From the human T2T-CHM13v2.0 reference genome, Homo sapiens: a DNA stretch of 64,000 nt. Position 1 is the stretch's first letter; every line of letters starts with the position of its first letter. This document shows positions 1 through 14,739 of the stretch, piece by piece. The DNA is taken from the NCBI RefSeq assembly GCF_009914755.1, contig NC_060925.1, one strand, 5' to 3'. A program made the translations under genes and the position numbers. The notes under the pieces are model-generated. The model saw nothing but the letters and a program-made list of their open reading frames with translations, made no database searches and had not been told where the DNA came from.

Positions 1-135
<135 letters not shown>

Positions 136-305
136 TAAAACCTGCTTCCAAACTCACCTTCTCCATGAATTCCCTAACTCTTGAAGTCAAAAATCGATCT
201 TTTCCTCCCCTATACACTATTCTCACAGCACTTTTCATACACAAAAATCAGATATGGCTCTATCTCCCCCACTGGACCATAGAACTCCTCAGATTAGAAA
301 CGGCA

Positions 306-810
<505 letters not shown>

Positions 811-2149
811 GAAAGCTTGTTGATTGAAAAGCAAATGAACAAATGAATGAAGGAATAGAAAAGAAGGAGCAGATGGGTGGGAGGGGGAAACAGGATGGGT
901 GCCCAAGTGTCAAGATGCCAAGCGGTGGGCTGGGCACGCTCAAGTTGACCCCGTTGCCAAGCTGTCAGTGTGAACATCAGCACGGTCTTGCTTGTTGGCT
1001 AAGGGGAAGAGAAAAGCCTATGGCCCTGTGAACTTAGCAACCAGCTTCTCCAAAAACATTACAATCAGAAGCTCTTGTTGCAGCCAAAACACAGGTGCAG
1101 AAAACAAGCGGGCGTTCGCACATGCACGTGCACAAGGTGTGCAGAAGTTGAAGGCTCAGCATGCCACAAATTCCGCACTCCCTCCAAGCACACCTTATGC
1201 CTCATGTTACAGATGTCTTGAGGGAGGAAGGGAGGGACAATTTAGCAAATTGGGAGGTGCAGCAGGGGAAAAGGAGTCATCCAGCCAGAATTCTCCCCAT
1301 CTCTACCCAGAAACTCCCTCTCCTTGCTTTGTTGACGGCGCTGAAGCTTGGGGGAGGCATAAGTGAGCCTGGTGTGGGACTGACCCTCAGCCTCCAGGAA
1401 CACTATCGGCAGGAACACAGCCCGTGTGGGATGCCTGGGGTTGCAAAAGAAAAGTTATTTCAGGTTCAACTGAGTTATAATTTATTTTTTCTAACTGATC
1501 ATTACTGCTGCGGCTCTATAAATAACCACCTAGGGAGTCTGCTTTTCTGCTCCCAAATCCTCAAAAAGCATTGCCAGGTTCTCTGTGGTTTCTGGCCTGC
1601 CAAGCACACAGCACATTTCTTTTCTGTGCAGCCCTTCAGGGAATCCTTCTGCAGTGCATGCCAAGGAATCTGCTGAGTTCTGCCCAACTCAGTCCTCCCC
1701 TTCCTGATCCAATTCCTCTCCTCCAAACTGGCCATCCAGCCCTCCTCCCCCATTCCACAAGAGGCCCCTCTCCCTGGACACAGGTGGTTCCCAAGCCAAG
1801 GTCCCGGCTTCTCTCTGTTTACTCTGCTTTCATCCAACTGCAACCCTCCATGCTTAGAAGACAAGAGTTATTTGTACTACAGAAATCCAGCTGTGGCATC
1901 ATTTGAGGTCAAGCCCAGGAAGAAAAGAGGGTTGGTCTGATGGTATCACCAGTAAAATATCAAGGGTCAATACCACCCCAGGAAGGGTGGCTGTGGTTTA
2001 CATGAAATCAATTTAAGTGATTTAAAGAAGAATGTATTTCAAGTATAACTCAGTTTAACCAAGTATAGAAAAAAAAAAATCATGTTCCTGATGATGTTCT
2101 AAAGGATGTACGTTTAGGCCCTTTCTAAATAACATGGGGTTTTCTCCTT

Positions 2150-2350
2150 AAACAGAGGAACTAGACGGGAACTAATATTCATCAAGACCCACTCCACACC
2201 AAGCAATTTTGTTTCATTTTCACAACATGATGCCTATGAGGTATGCATCCTCATGCCCATCTTGTAGATGGGAGTCCTGAGAAAAGGACTTGCTCAAAGT
2301 CATGCAGAAGGAAAGAGGTAGGGGTGAGACTCAAGCCCAAGTTTTTCCCC
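2150..2350 (-). mobile_element. MIR
   Basis: CCCATCTTGTAGATGGGAG...GACTTGCTCAAAGTCATGCAG...ACTCAAGCCCAAG, antisense MIR core. Confidence 0.7.
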
Positions 2351-2532
2351 TGCTACCTCCTATTACCTCTCTAAGCTAGAAGACTGGAGTTTCAATGTAT
2401 GTTTATTTTTCTAACTTTCAGATTACTTTTGCAGCTCAGAAAGCAAGGACAACCTGGATATTTCACCACAGTTCCTTAACAGCCATATAACTCTTTGGAG
2501 TTAGCCTCTCCAACTAGTTAACTGTGAAATCT

Positions 2533-2571
2533 CAATCAATCAATCAATCTCTCTCTCTCTCTCTCTCTCTC
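2533..2571. repeat. (TCAA)n-(TC)n compound microsatellite
   Basis: Directly visible. Confidence 0.9.
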
Positions 2572-3119
2572 ACCATTTATTATGACAATGACCATAAAGG
2601 CTATGGTCATTCAGGTTGCTTTAATGGTCTAAAAATGAGAGCTTATGTATTTTTGAATAGTTTTAAAAATGATCATTCCTAACATTTACAAAATAATGGA
2701 AAACATAAGTTTTACCCAGTAATCAATGCTCCACGGAAGGTTAGGTGGCCCTGCAGATGCTACCACAGCACTCTGCTCTGTTGGGACACCTTTTCCACCA
2801 TATTGGAATGGACTGTTTCCTTGTCTGACTCTCCTTCTAGGCCGGTGATCCCCAAAGCTTTTTGGTCATATGCCCTAACAATAAACATTTGAGTGTACCT
2901 GCCTATGTGCACATTTGTTTATTTATAAATTATATTCATGCCCTGTCATTCACAAAAATGGGAAAAAGGATGAGATGTGTGTGGGTCATCTTCCTATGTG
3001 TCTATCTACTTCTCAGTCATAATTTCTTCCTGCCCCACAATGGACCATCTCACCTTCCATGGTCTCCAACACCGACATCCCACTTTGGAGACCACTCTCC
3101 TAGGATATGTGCTCATCAT

Positions 3120-3545
3120 CCCTCATTTATTCATTTCCCACTGTCTCCAGTAACACCTACCCTATGCTGGGTACTATGCTAGGTGCTGGGGATAGTGGGT
3201 GAACCACATGGACAAGGATCATGTTTTCCATAGAGCTTACAATCCAGCGGGTGAAACAGTGTCAGATAATGTCAGAGAGAGAAAACAGCCACAAGAAAGT
3301 AAAACAAGATGATGTGATGTTAAGTGATGGAGAATGTCTACAGGGGTAAGAGGGAAGTCACGATGGACCAGACCAGCAGCTCAGCAAAGGCCTCTGTGAC
3401 CTGCATGAGGAGGGGGTCTAGTGGGAGAGGGGGTGCCTGGGCAGACAGAATGTCAAGTGCAAAGCTTCCGAGGCAGGAAAGAAGGCCATTGTGGCTGGAT
3501 TATAATACATCAGTAAGAAGAGAGGCTGGAGAAGCTGGAGAGGTT
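3120..3545 (-). mobile_element. L2 3' region
   Basis: CTATGCTGGGTACTATGCTAGGTGCTGGGGATA...GAGCTTACAATCCAG, antisense L2 3' end. Confidence 0.8.
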
Positions 3546-3939
3546 GGCAGCTCAGGCTGGAGAGTCCTGACCCCACTGCTTACTGGCTGGGTGGCCTTGG
3601 GTATTAATGCTATATGCTGCCCAGGGTTATTAAAGGAATTATGTAAAGGATTGAAAGAGTAAATCTATGAAACATCAACATCAGTTAGAAGAATGCCCAG
3701 CACACAGTTGGCATCAACAAATGACTGCCCCTAGGGTCTGTTTACTTATTTATCATTAGTCTCCCCTGTGGCATGGAAGCTGGGCCTGGCCAGTTTTCTA
3801 CCCTGCCGAACCAGAGTAGCTGGCACCATGCCCAGCCTATAGAAAGAACTCAATGAAAATTTGGTAAATGAATGGGTTTTAAAAATGGGTAATGGCTAAG
3901 GAAAATCAGAATTTGGCTAAATATTAAAAAATAGATTTT

Positions 3940-4415
3940 CGTAAACAATTTTTTCTAATTATAAAAGTAATGTCATGTCTTCAATATTTTAAACAAAAAT
4001 GGGGTCATATTCTACATAACGCTTAGTACCTATTTTCCACTCCACATGTCTGTTACAAGAGGCAGGAGAATGTAAGGGTAGGGATGTGGGCTCTGGAGAC
4101 AGATTGCCTGGATTCACATCCTACCTCCACCACTGGCCACCTAGAGCATCTCTCTGAAGTTACCAAGCCAAAGGACATTTGGGATTTTTAAGGCTTTTTA
4201 ACACATATTGCCAAATAGTCTTTAAGAAATAGGTGTGAGCCCATCTCCTCAAACCTTCATCTACGCTGACTGCTAACCTTTAGACAATCTTTGCCAATTT
4301 GTTAGGGGAAAGAACAACCTTTCATTGTTCTAATTTGCCTTTCTTTAATTACCAGGGATGACTAACAGTTTTTCATTTGCCTTGTTCCTCTTGCGAATTG
4401 CCTGTTCATGTTTAA
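3940..4415 (-). mobile_element. Ancient L1ME-type fragments with an embedded MIR piece (about 4060-4150)
   Basis: ACATATTGCCAAATAGTC, CTTTGCCAATTTG and TTCTTTAATTACCAG resemble antisense L1ME. Confidence 0.6.
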
Positions 4416-5809
4416 AAAGGAAGCCCGTTTTCATAATTAGATGCAGCAGAGTAGGTGGCCTCAAAGTTAACTCCCTACCGCTGGGAAGGGTTGAGCAGGG
4501 CCAGGTGGTTGCCCATCAGGGAACTGGGCATCTCTGTGCCTTGTGGACAGCAGAACTGGATGAGCTCTGAAGTCCTTTATTACACTGGGATCATTTCACT
4601 CTTGTCCAGACCAGCAAAGGTAGCAGGCAAACCTCAAAGAAAAGATGGCTTGCGGATCAACAACTGGATTCTGAAGACCTCCACCAGGATTTCCCAAGGT
4701 GGATTTGATGCCTAAACATCTCTCATAAGCTTCTGCATAAAGACACCCCAGTTATATCGGAGAGAAGAGTCAAATCGACATGGTTATGCCTCTAGTAGCT
4801 ACAGCATGCCACAGTGGGGGAATTCCTTAAATCTCCCCCTTGACAAGATGGAAAACCTTCGTGGTCATAGATCAAATCCTACCACAACAAACATGTTCAT
4901 AATCAAGGTCAGCGTAGCACAAAGACTCCTAAGGTGGGGCCAGTGGTCTGTTTATCTCAAGCTATAACTTTTTTCCCTGCTTTGCATTTGGCTTTGGTAC
5001 AAGAATTTGACATAAACACCCTCCTAACCCCACTCCCCTACAGGTATTTACATAGCAATTTTCTCCTGAGCTGGTCAAAACCCTGCTAGGACTTGGAGAA
5101 TTCCATTGTGTTTGTAGTAAGCAGACACCTGGAGCCAGATAGCTCTTAGAGAATAAACTATTCTTGGATTGGAAAGGGATCTGAATGTATCTGACGCCCT
5201 CCTTTTGCAAAAATTTTGCAGTGTTTTCAGAGGACCTTCTACATTTTCACTAAGGGGATATTTCCCCCTAATATCTCCACCATTGCCATTGTTGGAGTTT
5301 CCTGCTGGGTCTGGCCCCCACAGGTATAATGCCAGCTGGAAACAGAACACTCACATCTCTTAAATTACTCCACTAACGAAGAAGTCACACGTGGAATTAG
5401 AATTCTGGCTAATTTTCCTGTGGGCACACCTTAAGCACACAAACCTGAAAGCAGCAGAGCAGTGAAACTGGCAGCCAAAATAAAGCAAAAAGAAGAACAT
5501 CTTCCAGGAGGGAGGTGGAATCAGATTGAGGCAAAGCCAGGACTAGGTTCTTGGCAACGTGATTAAAATCCCGAACTACGAGGGAGGAGAGGCCTTGCTG
5601 CCAGCCCCTCAGCACACTCGAGCCAGGGCACTGGAGGTGGGTGGTGGTTAAAAGCTGTGTGCCATTCACAGCCTATAGCACTGCCTGTGTCCGTCAGTAT
5701 GGGCAGAATGGCTAATGACTCCAAATAAAACTCCTACGCCATGCTCCATCTGGGGACCATGTTATAGCTGAATACACAAAGTCACTTTGTAGCTTGCCCG
5801 ATAAGTCCA

Positions 5810-6650
5810 CTTTAATTCCTCCAAAATAATTCATGGAGGCCTGTGAGCACACTGCACCAGGCCAAGCACTAGGGTTATAAAAAAGAAATGAAAAAAGAAA
5901 AACCTAGTTGCTCTACTCTAAGGGCTTATGATTTAACCAAGGAGATGAGATTCACAATGGTAGCTGGCAATACGGTAAATCAAGGCACAAAGAATCCAGG
6001 AGTGTGTTCTGCTAGAGGCCCAAGAGGGCAGCTGGCATTTTCAGGAGGATGCAGGTCAGCCTTTATGGGAAAATGGATTGAGTTTACCTTGAAGGGTGGG
6101 GAAATTTTAGGCAGGTGGCTAAGAAGTGAGCTGGCCTCTGGGGATGTGGGGAGACTGTGAGCGCCGCATGAGACAGGCTCTGCATCCTGCACATGCTGCC
6201 TGCATTTCCAGCCCTGGGAGGAGGATTTGTGCAAGGGAGGCAGAGATGAGAGCGTTGATAGGAAGGAAGGAGGCCAGATTTCAGAGAGGTCTGAATCCCA
6301 CACAGAGAAGCTTGGGCTTTCTCCAATAAGCTGCAGGGAGCAGTTGGAGACTTGTGAACAGCAGATTAACATAATTAAATAAAAACTTCAAGACTTTAGC
6401 TTTTTGTGGGGATGCAGACTAGACGAGAGGTGATGAGAACATTAGAAAGCTTTTACAGTGTAGACCAGGCTGGCCACGGTGTTGGCAACGGGAGAGAAAG
6501 AAATAGATCTGGAAGATACCACAAAGCAAATATCTAAAGGGCTTGGAAACAAATTTGGCCGGGGGGCAGATGAAGGATGAGTCAGGGGCAGTTCTGAATT
6601 TTAAAACTTGGGGGATGTGAGGTGGAGGTGGCATCGTCAGACATAAAGAC
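5810..6650 (-). mobile_element. L2 remnant
   Basis: GAGCACACTGCACCAGGCCAAGCACTAGGG start; purine-rich antisense L2 body. Confidence 0.6.
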
Positions 6651-8179
6651 ACAGGTTCGAGCAGCTTTACAAGAACTTAAAAAGGCCAGACCACCCAAAG
6701 GTGGCACTGACTGGAAGCACGAGGCTACGGACAATGCTTCCTCATTTCAAAGGGGAGTTAACAAGTTAAGTGAAGTTTTATCCACCAATGAAATGGCTGT
6801 CTGTCCAAACAAATAAGCAACAAGTGTGGGCTCTGCACTCCTCTCCACCTCTCTTGCTCCTTCCGTTGATGCTCCCCTAACATTTATCTGACCATAAGCT
6901 AAGAGCAGTCATGAGAACAAGATAGAAATCCTCAGAAATCCAGAACTCTAATCCTTCCTTCTGCTGAAATACTGTAGGGCTTAGTTATTTTCACACTTAT
7001 GCATATGCTTCAGTGTGTAAGAACTGAGTCATTGTTTTCTTTTCTCCTCCCCTCTCCCCTCTCTTTCCCTCCTCTTTGCCACCCAGCACCTCCTCTGCCT
7101 CCACCCCCAAGCCACTGCAAACATCCTGGCATGCATCTCTCCCCATCCATTTCTGCATGGCTGTCAACATTTCCCATTCCCTCCAAGCTTGCCTCCTGCC
7201 TCCTATTTCTTTAGACACACTGGGAGTCTAAGAAATGAACTACAGATTCAACAGGACTGTGGACCACAGATCTTGACAAAGACAGGCAGCTTGTTGTGAA
7301 AAGAGAATTGGAGGGCAGGTCAGAGACTTAGGTTTTAGGAGTCAGGCAAGGGAATCAGATAAAGATCCCTGAAAACAAGGGATATCATCACTGCCCAGCT
7401 TTACTGACGTAGAGACAAGTTTTCTCACTTGGCAGATATAGACGGAAGATAAGCAGGTTCCCTTTCAGATGGTAACCCCAAGTGCAGTGGCTCACAGCTG
7501 CAGTTATTCTGAATGGCAGCGGGAGGGAAGGAAACAATGAATGCACACACACACAAGAGCAATGCTTAAGGTGAAATGGACTTGAACAGTCTCAAATGCA
7601 CACCTCCTCCAGTTCCTGGAAGGCAAGGATGAGTCAAACAGAAGTTGAATTTCACAGGCGTTCCTCCTCCACTGTCACATACGTTCCCAGACGCAGAGTC
7701 ATCTGTGCACATGTCACCCAGCATCGACTGCTACCAGCAACTGCCTCCTGGGAAGTTAAGCTGCAGGGTCAGATCTGCTTCTGCTGGGGAGCTGAAAGTA
7801 AACTGCGTAAGGTGGGGGTGATCCCAGTAATGTGAGGGCAGGAAAAAGCAGAGAACGCTGGAAAAGGATGGCAGGAATTAACATGGCTCTGAAGAGAGGA
7901 GCCAAGGATCACCTGATCTGTAGAGCCTGGAATCTGCAGTTATTTCTAGTTTCCTAGACAACCCTGACTAAACTAGGAAGACATCTGAACTCCGGCTCAA
8001 AAATAATATAGGTTCTGGGAATGGGACAAAAGAAGAAAGGAAAGGGGAGGTGATACCATGTGCCAGTTCAGGGAGTGGGGACCAGACCTTCAGAGAAAGG
8101 AAGGTCTTCCCAAATGGAAGCTGAAATCCCAGTGGGCATTATGCTTTCTGTACTTTTGCATTTGTAGCCAAGAGCATGA

Positions 8180-8300
8180 TTCTAATTCTGGTTCTCCAGT
8201 GGAGGTGCGGGCAGCACATGTGCATGAGTTCGTCAAAATTGATCTAACGGCACACATAAGATCTGTACATTTCACTGTATGTAAATTAGATCCTAGTAAT
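8180..8300 (+). mobile_element. L1M 3' end fragment
   Basis: GTCAAAATTGATC...CACATAAGATCTGTACATTTCACTGTATGTAAATTA. Confidence 0.7.
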
Positions 8301-11300
8301 TCTACCTCTCTCAATTAGTTGGTTGTGTGACCTTGGACAAGTCATTTAAATTTTTGTAGTCCAGGATTCTCCATCTGTCAAGCTGAAGCTAAGAAGCTGG
8401 CCTCTAAGTTTCTCCCTGGCTCTAAAATTTACGATTGTGAGAGCTGATTATTGCAGGAAATGAGCAAATACATCCAGATTAAGAAGGGCCGCAACTATTG
8501 ATAGAAGCTAAGAAGAATTTCTGAATGGGATTAGCCATCTGCAGAAAATTCCCCCTAAATCATCCATCCTGGAATCAGACGTGGAGAGAGGTGAAGATTC
8601 CATCCTCTGCACCAAAAGGAAGTGGCAGCCCCTCCTGGCTCTGCATTTTCCCCTCCTTCCCATCCGCTCTCCCCTACAGACTCTCTAAATTCTTCCACTG
8701 GAGATTCCCCAAGGGCTCAGGATTGGGACAGGCCTTTTCTTCCCTTCCTTCCAAATTTCCTTTGGGTTTATAGCACCCTGGTCGGGTTCACAGGAAGGGA
8801 AAGGAGAGGGAAGAAACCATTCACATTTGGGTGTGCGTAGCAAGCAGAGAGCTGGAGGGTTACAGAAACTTAGAGGAGGTCAGAGCCAGACAATCATCTC
8901 CCCATCCTATGTCTTATGGATAAGAAAATGAAGATGCAGAAAACTAGTGTGACTTCTCACCATTTCTAAAGCCCCGGAAAGAACAGATCAAGGAGGCAGC
9001 TGTGGCCATCTTCAGGCTGGTTCTTTCACATAGAGATGCTCCTACTTACTCCATAAATAGTTTGTCATGGGCAACTTTCAGACAGAGGAGCTGGAACTAC
9101 CCTAACCGGGCACTGGAACATGTGTAAGTAGACCACCTGGCTCACCTGTTTCTCTTCTCAGAGGGGCTCTGAGTCATGAGGAGAACCTCTGGATATGCAG
9201 AATGGATAAACTGCTTCTGTCAGGATGGAAAGGAATTCACAGATGTCTTGCCAGCAGCTAACCAGTGACACAGCTGAATGGTAGCAGGCCCATGGAAACA
9301 CTCTGGATAAGAAAGACTATCAAAGGAGCATCAGGTCCAGATTGCAAATTGCTTTAGCAGCTAACATAGGCATAAAGACAGAACGACCCACTCTAATCCA
9401 AGGGGGTTACGCTTCAGCGCTGGCTGCCTCTGACTCTCACCCTTGACCCAGCCCATTCATCAGTATGTTGATAAGCAGATTCTCTTCACAGAGCTCCTTA
9501 ATCTGGTTTCCCAGGGAGGTCTTGCAGAGATTAATGAGAGCACTGTGCTTCCTGCCAGTTTTTGAGGCTGGGACAGTTAAACAGCAAGGGTGAAGGAGCT
9601 TGTCATAAAGTACACAAACCATCCCATCATTGGACTTGACCCCATTAGGTGGTTAACTCAAACATCTTCTCAATGTAGACACTTGGATCTATTTTTTTTA
9701 TTCACTCTCTCCTTGGTAGCCAGCAAAATTAAAGCCCTTCCTCATATCATCGTTCACGCCATCTTTTATAATAGTCACAGCCACAACAGCAGCTGGGGCT
9801 AAACAAAGATTAGGAGCAATAAGGATCAGATGGGACAGACAGGAGATCTGGTCCTACCAAGGGGCATCACCAATGAGCTGGACCCACTGTGCAGCCCACC
9901 TGTCAAATGCCATTTGCCACCTCTGGCGGTGATAGCAGGGGCAGCTGGGGCTGAATCCATGAATCCTGAGGTCTCACAGAAGTACAGCCACCCCTGTCAT
10001 CTAGCCCCTCCCCTCAGAATATGCTCTGGGGAGCTGTCACATCCCACACTGCAGGCTGATGGAAGACACAGACACGCTCTTGGGTCCTGGCATTATCGCT
10101 GTTTCCTCTGGTTACCTTTAAAGAAGGGCGTCTCTGAGTGCTGGGTCCTCCACTGGAAATAATGTGGGGAAACTGGATGAGCTCTGCAGAGATGAGAATT
10201 ATTTTGAAGCAAAGTAAGAAATGACCAGGGAACTCTAGATTGGAATACAACTTGTGAATTCCTAGGTAGGTGTAGACTCAAGAGTTTATAGGAACTTATA
10301 TTTGCCGTTATTTTTTAAAAGTCTTAAAAGTTAAAATTTACAGCAATAGCAAGAAGGAGGACAAAGTGCAACAGCTTTAACTATGAGCTAATACCAAGGT
10401 TAACACTATCTGTCCATTACACGTAGCTTTGGGATTTGGCAAAAAGGAAAAAAAACCACATAACACGGAGCTTTGAGCTCATAAATAGGTCCCAAAGACT
10501 TGACAAATAAACTAACAAGGCTTTTATGGTAGAAGGGAGCATCGAAATCTGAGGCCTTCTGTGCCTTCTCTCCCCGCTGCTGTGATGGCAGCTGGCAACT
10601 GGGCCCTACTGTCCGTTAACAAAACAGAGAGACGGATAACTATCCAGCCGAGGCCAACTTCCTCACACCAGGCAGATCCACAGTGGACTCTCAGGAATCT
10701 TCAGCACCCTTTACACCAGCAGTGGTCAAAGTGGGGGGTGCAGCTGCCTTGGGACTGAGAGATGGGGATGGACACATCTGCAGGGAGGGGTCAGGCTCTA
10801 GCCCCTTTCCCCAGGCCACCACTCCTCAGAGGCTGGTCCTCCACCCCAGCTTCAGGGACAGGGGATGCATGGTGGAAACCACTGCAGCTGCTGCATTAGC
10901 AACCTTCAAGAGCCAAAGATTCTCTTCTCTCTAGCCAGAGAGGGAAGGCAAACAGGTTAGGGTGACCTGCAGCTCAGGGTCGGCCCCAGGCCAGGCCACT
11001 GCCTGTACTGACTCCTGGGCCTCTATGCAGTGCACTCCACTTTCTAGGGCAGGCTGCTTGCCAAGGATTCACAGTGGACCTGGCTGCTCCCTGTGGGACT
11101 CACTGGATCTGGACCCAGGACCAAGCCTGCTTGCCAGGAGCAGAAGGTCAGGTTGGTTTAAAAAGGTAACCTCTGTCCTTTCCCAGTTCCGTTCCTTTCT
11201 CTTCCCCAGCTACCTCCTCCTCTTCTCCAAATCAGCCTTCTCTTGGCTCAGTTTCTGACCTTGGGTATTTTCCCCAAGGAACACATCCGACCATCAGGCA

Positions 11301-11837
11301 CTCAAAGGAGCATGAGCCTAGTCTTTTCCTCAAGCAAATCACCCCGGTACAGTCAGCAGCTGCAGAGCACAGGGAGCTCCTGGCATGCTAAAGGTCATTT
11401 ACAGATCACTGAAAAATCTGGACAAGATGCTAATGTCCCAGCTCAATGCCCATGTCCTGACTTAAACCTTGACTGTGTCTTAAGGACACTCAACGTCAGG
11501 ATACCTATGACAGAAAGAGGGACTTCTGAGTATTTCAGGCATAACAGGCAAAACAGACATCTTTAAAGCTTGCAAAATATATGATTCTGTCATTCCTCTG
11601 CATCCTCACCACCACCATGATGGAGAGCCAGGGCCAGTCTTTCCAATCATCACTCAAGCTTCCAGTGGCTATTGGGCACTCTCCCTCTTAGAGAGGGGAC
11701 ACTCCAGCAGGAACTCCAGGTAGAGAGCTGTTCTGCAGTGGGCATTTCTAGCTCAGGGCCAGCCTCCGAGACTCTCCAGGAGTGGCATGAAATGAGGTGG
11801 ATGGGGCTTCCTTGTCCTGGCCATCATGTGCCTACAG

Positions 11838-12015
11838 CAGGCATTGGCAAGCTTTTTCTATAAAGGGCCAGAAAGGGTTATGGACCATCTTCTTTGATGT
11901 TTTTATTTTACAACTCTTTAGAAATGTAAGAATCATCCTTAGTTTGAGGTGCCATATAAAAACAGGCGGCAGGCAAATTTGGCTCACAAGCAGGCTGCAG
12001 TTTGCAGACCCCCTC
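11838..12015. mobile_element. MER58-family hAT-Charlie element
   Basis: CAGGCATTGGCAAGCTTTTTCTATAAAGGGCCAGA ... GCAGTTTGCAGACCCCCT termini. Confidence 0.8.
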
Positions 12016-12359
12016 CTAGAGGAAGATGCTGAGGCCTCACCAAGCAGCCCCTCCCCACCTTCCCTCTCTAGCCTGACTCCTCCAGACTCATTCCAGCTGC
12101 ACGTGGCACCTGTACTAGGCCGCAGGATGGCCTTCTTGCTGCAGGCATTTCAATGAGAAAATATGCTGCATGGATCATGAGTGATTCTGTCTCCCTCGTG
12201 CTTAACCTTGGAAGCACAAGGCCCTGCTGGCCTCACCTCAAGGTCTCACCTGCCCATACTCATGCGACCTTGTCCACCATCTCTCCACTACGAGGTGCCA
12301 TCTGGTAAATGGCCTAACTTGGGTTCTTCCTCCCACGCCTCCTGTGTAGGTTCAGGGCA

Positions 12360-12900
12360 GGGAGACCAAGGTAAATCCTGTCAGTTCTATCTGAAGGCAG
12401 AGCCTGGATCCAATCACTTCCCACCCCTCCAATGCTATCACCTAGAACACAGCCACAGCCTCCCATCTGGACTCCCTGCTTCGATCTCTGCCCTCCCCCC
12501 TCCCCTTCCAAAAGCTCCCAGAGGCTTTCCATCTCACTCAAAATAAAAGCCAATGTCTCTGAGCAGTGAAAGCCACCCACCATGGTCATCCAGGTCCTAT
12601 CACTGACCTGCTGAGCCCCAACTGGCCCGCATGGCCACCTGGCTGGCCTCAGTGCCTCCTCTTTCCCCTAGCTGATACTAACTCCAGCCACACTGGCCTC
12701 CTTCCTACCCTGCTTTTCCTCTTAGCCATGAACACCATCAGTAGTTATATAATAGTTTGTGGGGGTTTTTTTTTTTTTGGTCTTGTTTTTCTCACTCAAA
12801 TATAAGCTCTGTCAAATAGAGTCTGACTTCAGTGTTACACTCCAGGGCCCAGTGTCAGCCTTGGGTAGGTGCTCTACAAATATACAAATATTTGGAGAAT
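12360..12900 (+). mobile_element. L2 remnant
   Basis: AAATCCTGTCAGTTCTATCT...TCACTCAAAATAAAAGCCAA...TAGGTGCTCTACAAATA. Confidence 0.75.
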
Positions 12901-13289
12901 GCATGGGGACAGGATGCCCTGCTGATGGGTGAGAGATGGTGGCACTGTCATGACACTGTGTATCAATTTGCACTTGGATACTTTTATGCAAATAAGTCTC
13001 TTGCTCTTAAGTCCCCTCCTCCCCCGCCTTAGTAGCCAGATGAACCGATAAGACACTGAAAACAGATACACCCCTGGAGACACTAGTCTCCAATTTTTTG
13101 TTTATATTCAACCCTAAAGCAATAACAACAAACTCATATTCCAACTGAACTAGTCAATTATCTCAGGGGAAAACAACAAACGATTGCTTTATGGTTTAGA
13201 GCACACCTGTGCGTGGCTCTCCCGCACTCACCACAACCACCCTCCCATGAGCACAGCAAGGAAAGAGAAAGCATGGGCTTGCTCAGCAG

Positions 13290-13600
13290 AGGTCTGGGTT
13301 TCAAATCCTGACACTGCCATCTATAGGTGGTCTGATTCTGGACATGGTACCAAGTACACTAGGCCTTAGCTTTACCATCTGTTAATTGGGGATACTAACA
13401 CTTATTTCGTAAGACTGTTGTAAGGCTTAAGTGAACAATTAAAACAAAACAGACACCTAAAGCATAATGACTGTGCACATTAATTGCTCAATAAATAGGA
13501 ATTTCTCCCCTTTTGTAAGTGAGGAAGCAACAGTTCAGAATGTGAAATGATTTGCCTGAGATCAGAAGGCTTGTTCCCAGCAAAGGTGGGGTTCAAAGCA
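13290..13600. mobile_element. Two adjacent MIRs in opposite orientation
   Basis: Sense core TGGGTTTCAAATCCTGACACTGCCA to GCTCAATAAAT, then antisense GAGGAAGCAACAGTTCAGA...TTGCCTGAGATCA. Confidence 0.7.
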
Positions 13601-14224
13601 ATGGTTTCTGTGGATGTATTTTTTCCCTAGCATCCAGCCTCCTTCCTGTTCATGTCTACACCCTATAGGCTACTTATGTCAGTAGAATAAAACAGGTGAT
13701 GGCTCTCCCATCGACCTGCTTGTTGAGGATTTTGGGACAGTTCCATTCTAGGCTAATGCTCATTACTAAAGACAATGCTCATTAATAAAGACAACGCTCT
13801 TAAGGAGGTCACCCCCTCACACGGAGAAATCTGTGTGTCACAAGCAAGGGATCAAAAAAGCTAAGAGAATTCACCTGCCCTGGATATCAACTGCCCTTAA
13901 GAGATGCAAACTAAAGGTGACTGCCTTCCTTTCCCCAAGAGACAAACGGAAACCCCACTCAGTGTGAGAAGAGCACATGCCATGGAGGCCCCAGACCAGT
14001 CAGTGCCCAGTGAGGAGATGACAGAGCCTGACGCAGCTACATCTGAGATCAGATGCCAAGGACACAGCAAAGACTGATGAAGCCATACGTGAGACACCAA
14101 AGTACGAAACTCACATTCAACTCAAAGGTTTCCATGTTTGATGACTGTTATCTCCCTGCACAGTGTTTTTCTTTAAGGAGCACATGTGTTCTATAATCCT
14201 ATAAAGTAAATTTTTGAAAAAAAC

Positions 14225-14400
14225 AAAATGAGAAACAAAGGGACACACAGAAACTCTTGCAGGTGACGGATATGTGTATTACCTTGCCTGTGGTGACAGC
14301 ATCATGGGTGTAAGCATATGTCCCAACTCATTAGACTGTACACATTAAATCTGTACAGTTTTTTAATATCAATTATAACCTCAATAAAGTTGAAAAAATA
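14225..14400 (+). mobile_element. L1MC/MD-type 3' end
   Basis: GGTGACGGATATGTGTATTACCTTG...GTACACATTAAA...CCTCAATAAAG followed by A-rich tail. Confidence 0.8.
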
Positions 14401-14739
14401 AAGAAAATTTTTGTAGAACAAAAGCCTTCTCCCATTAGCTTTCATCATGACATTGAAATGTGTTCCTCTTGAAACATATTGGCCCCTGACATTATAAAAA
14501 TATAAATTATTAAGGAACAAATCTTACAAGTAACACGTTTGGAGGACAAACAATAAAGAGATGGCCTAAACAATGTCTAAACAGATTTGAAACGGAGCAG
14601 AATGTGAGTGCGTCTGACTAAAAGAGGAGGCTTTTCTCAAGTGTCAGTCCTGAGACAAGGACCCTGGGACTGCTGACATCCCAAACATAGTGCCCCTATG
14701 ACTCCAAGAAGGGAAGGTGCTGCAGGGGTGACGGTCCCT

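Noticed and set aside
2587-2611. Perfect 10-bp hairpin AATGACCATA-aaggc-TATGGTCATT
   Set aside because: About one such stem is expected by chance in 64 kb; too short for a miRNA precursor and with no supporting context.
13756-13800. 19-bp tandem duplication; similar 14-bp triplet at about 22442-22482
   Set aside because: Ordinary slippage duplications with no unique spacers; not CRISPR-like.
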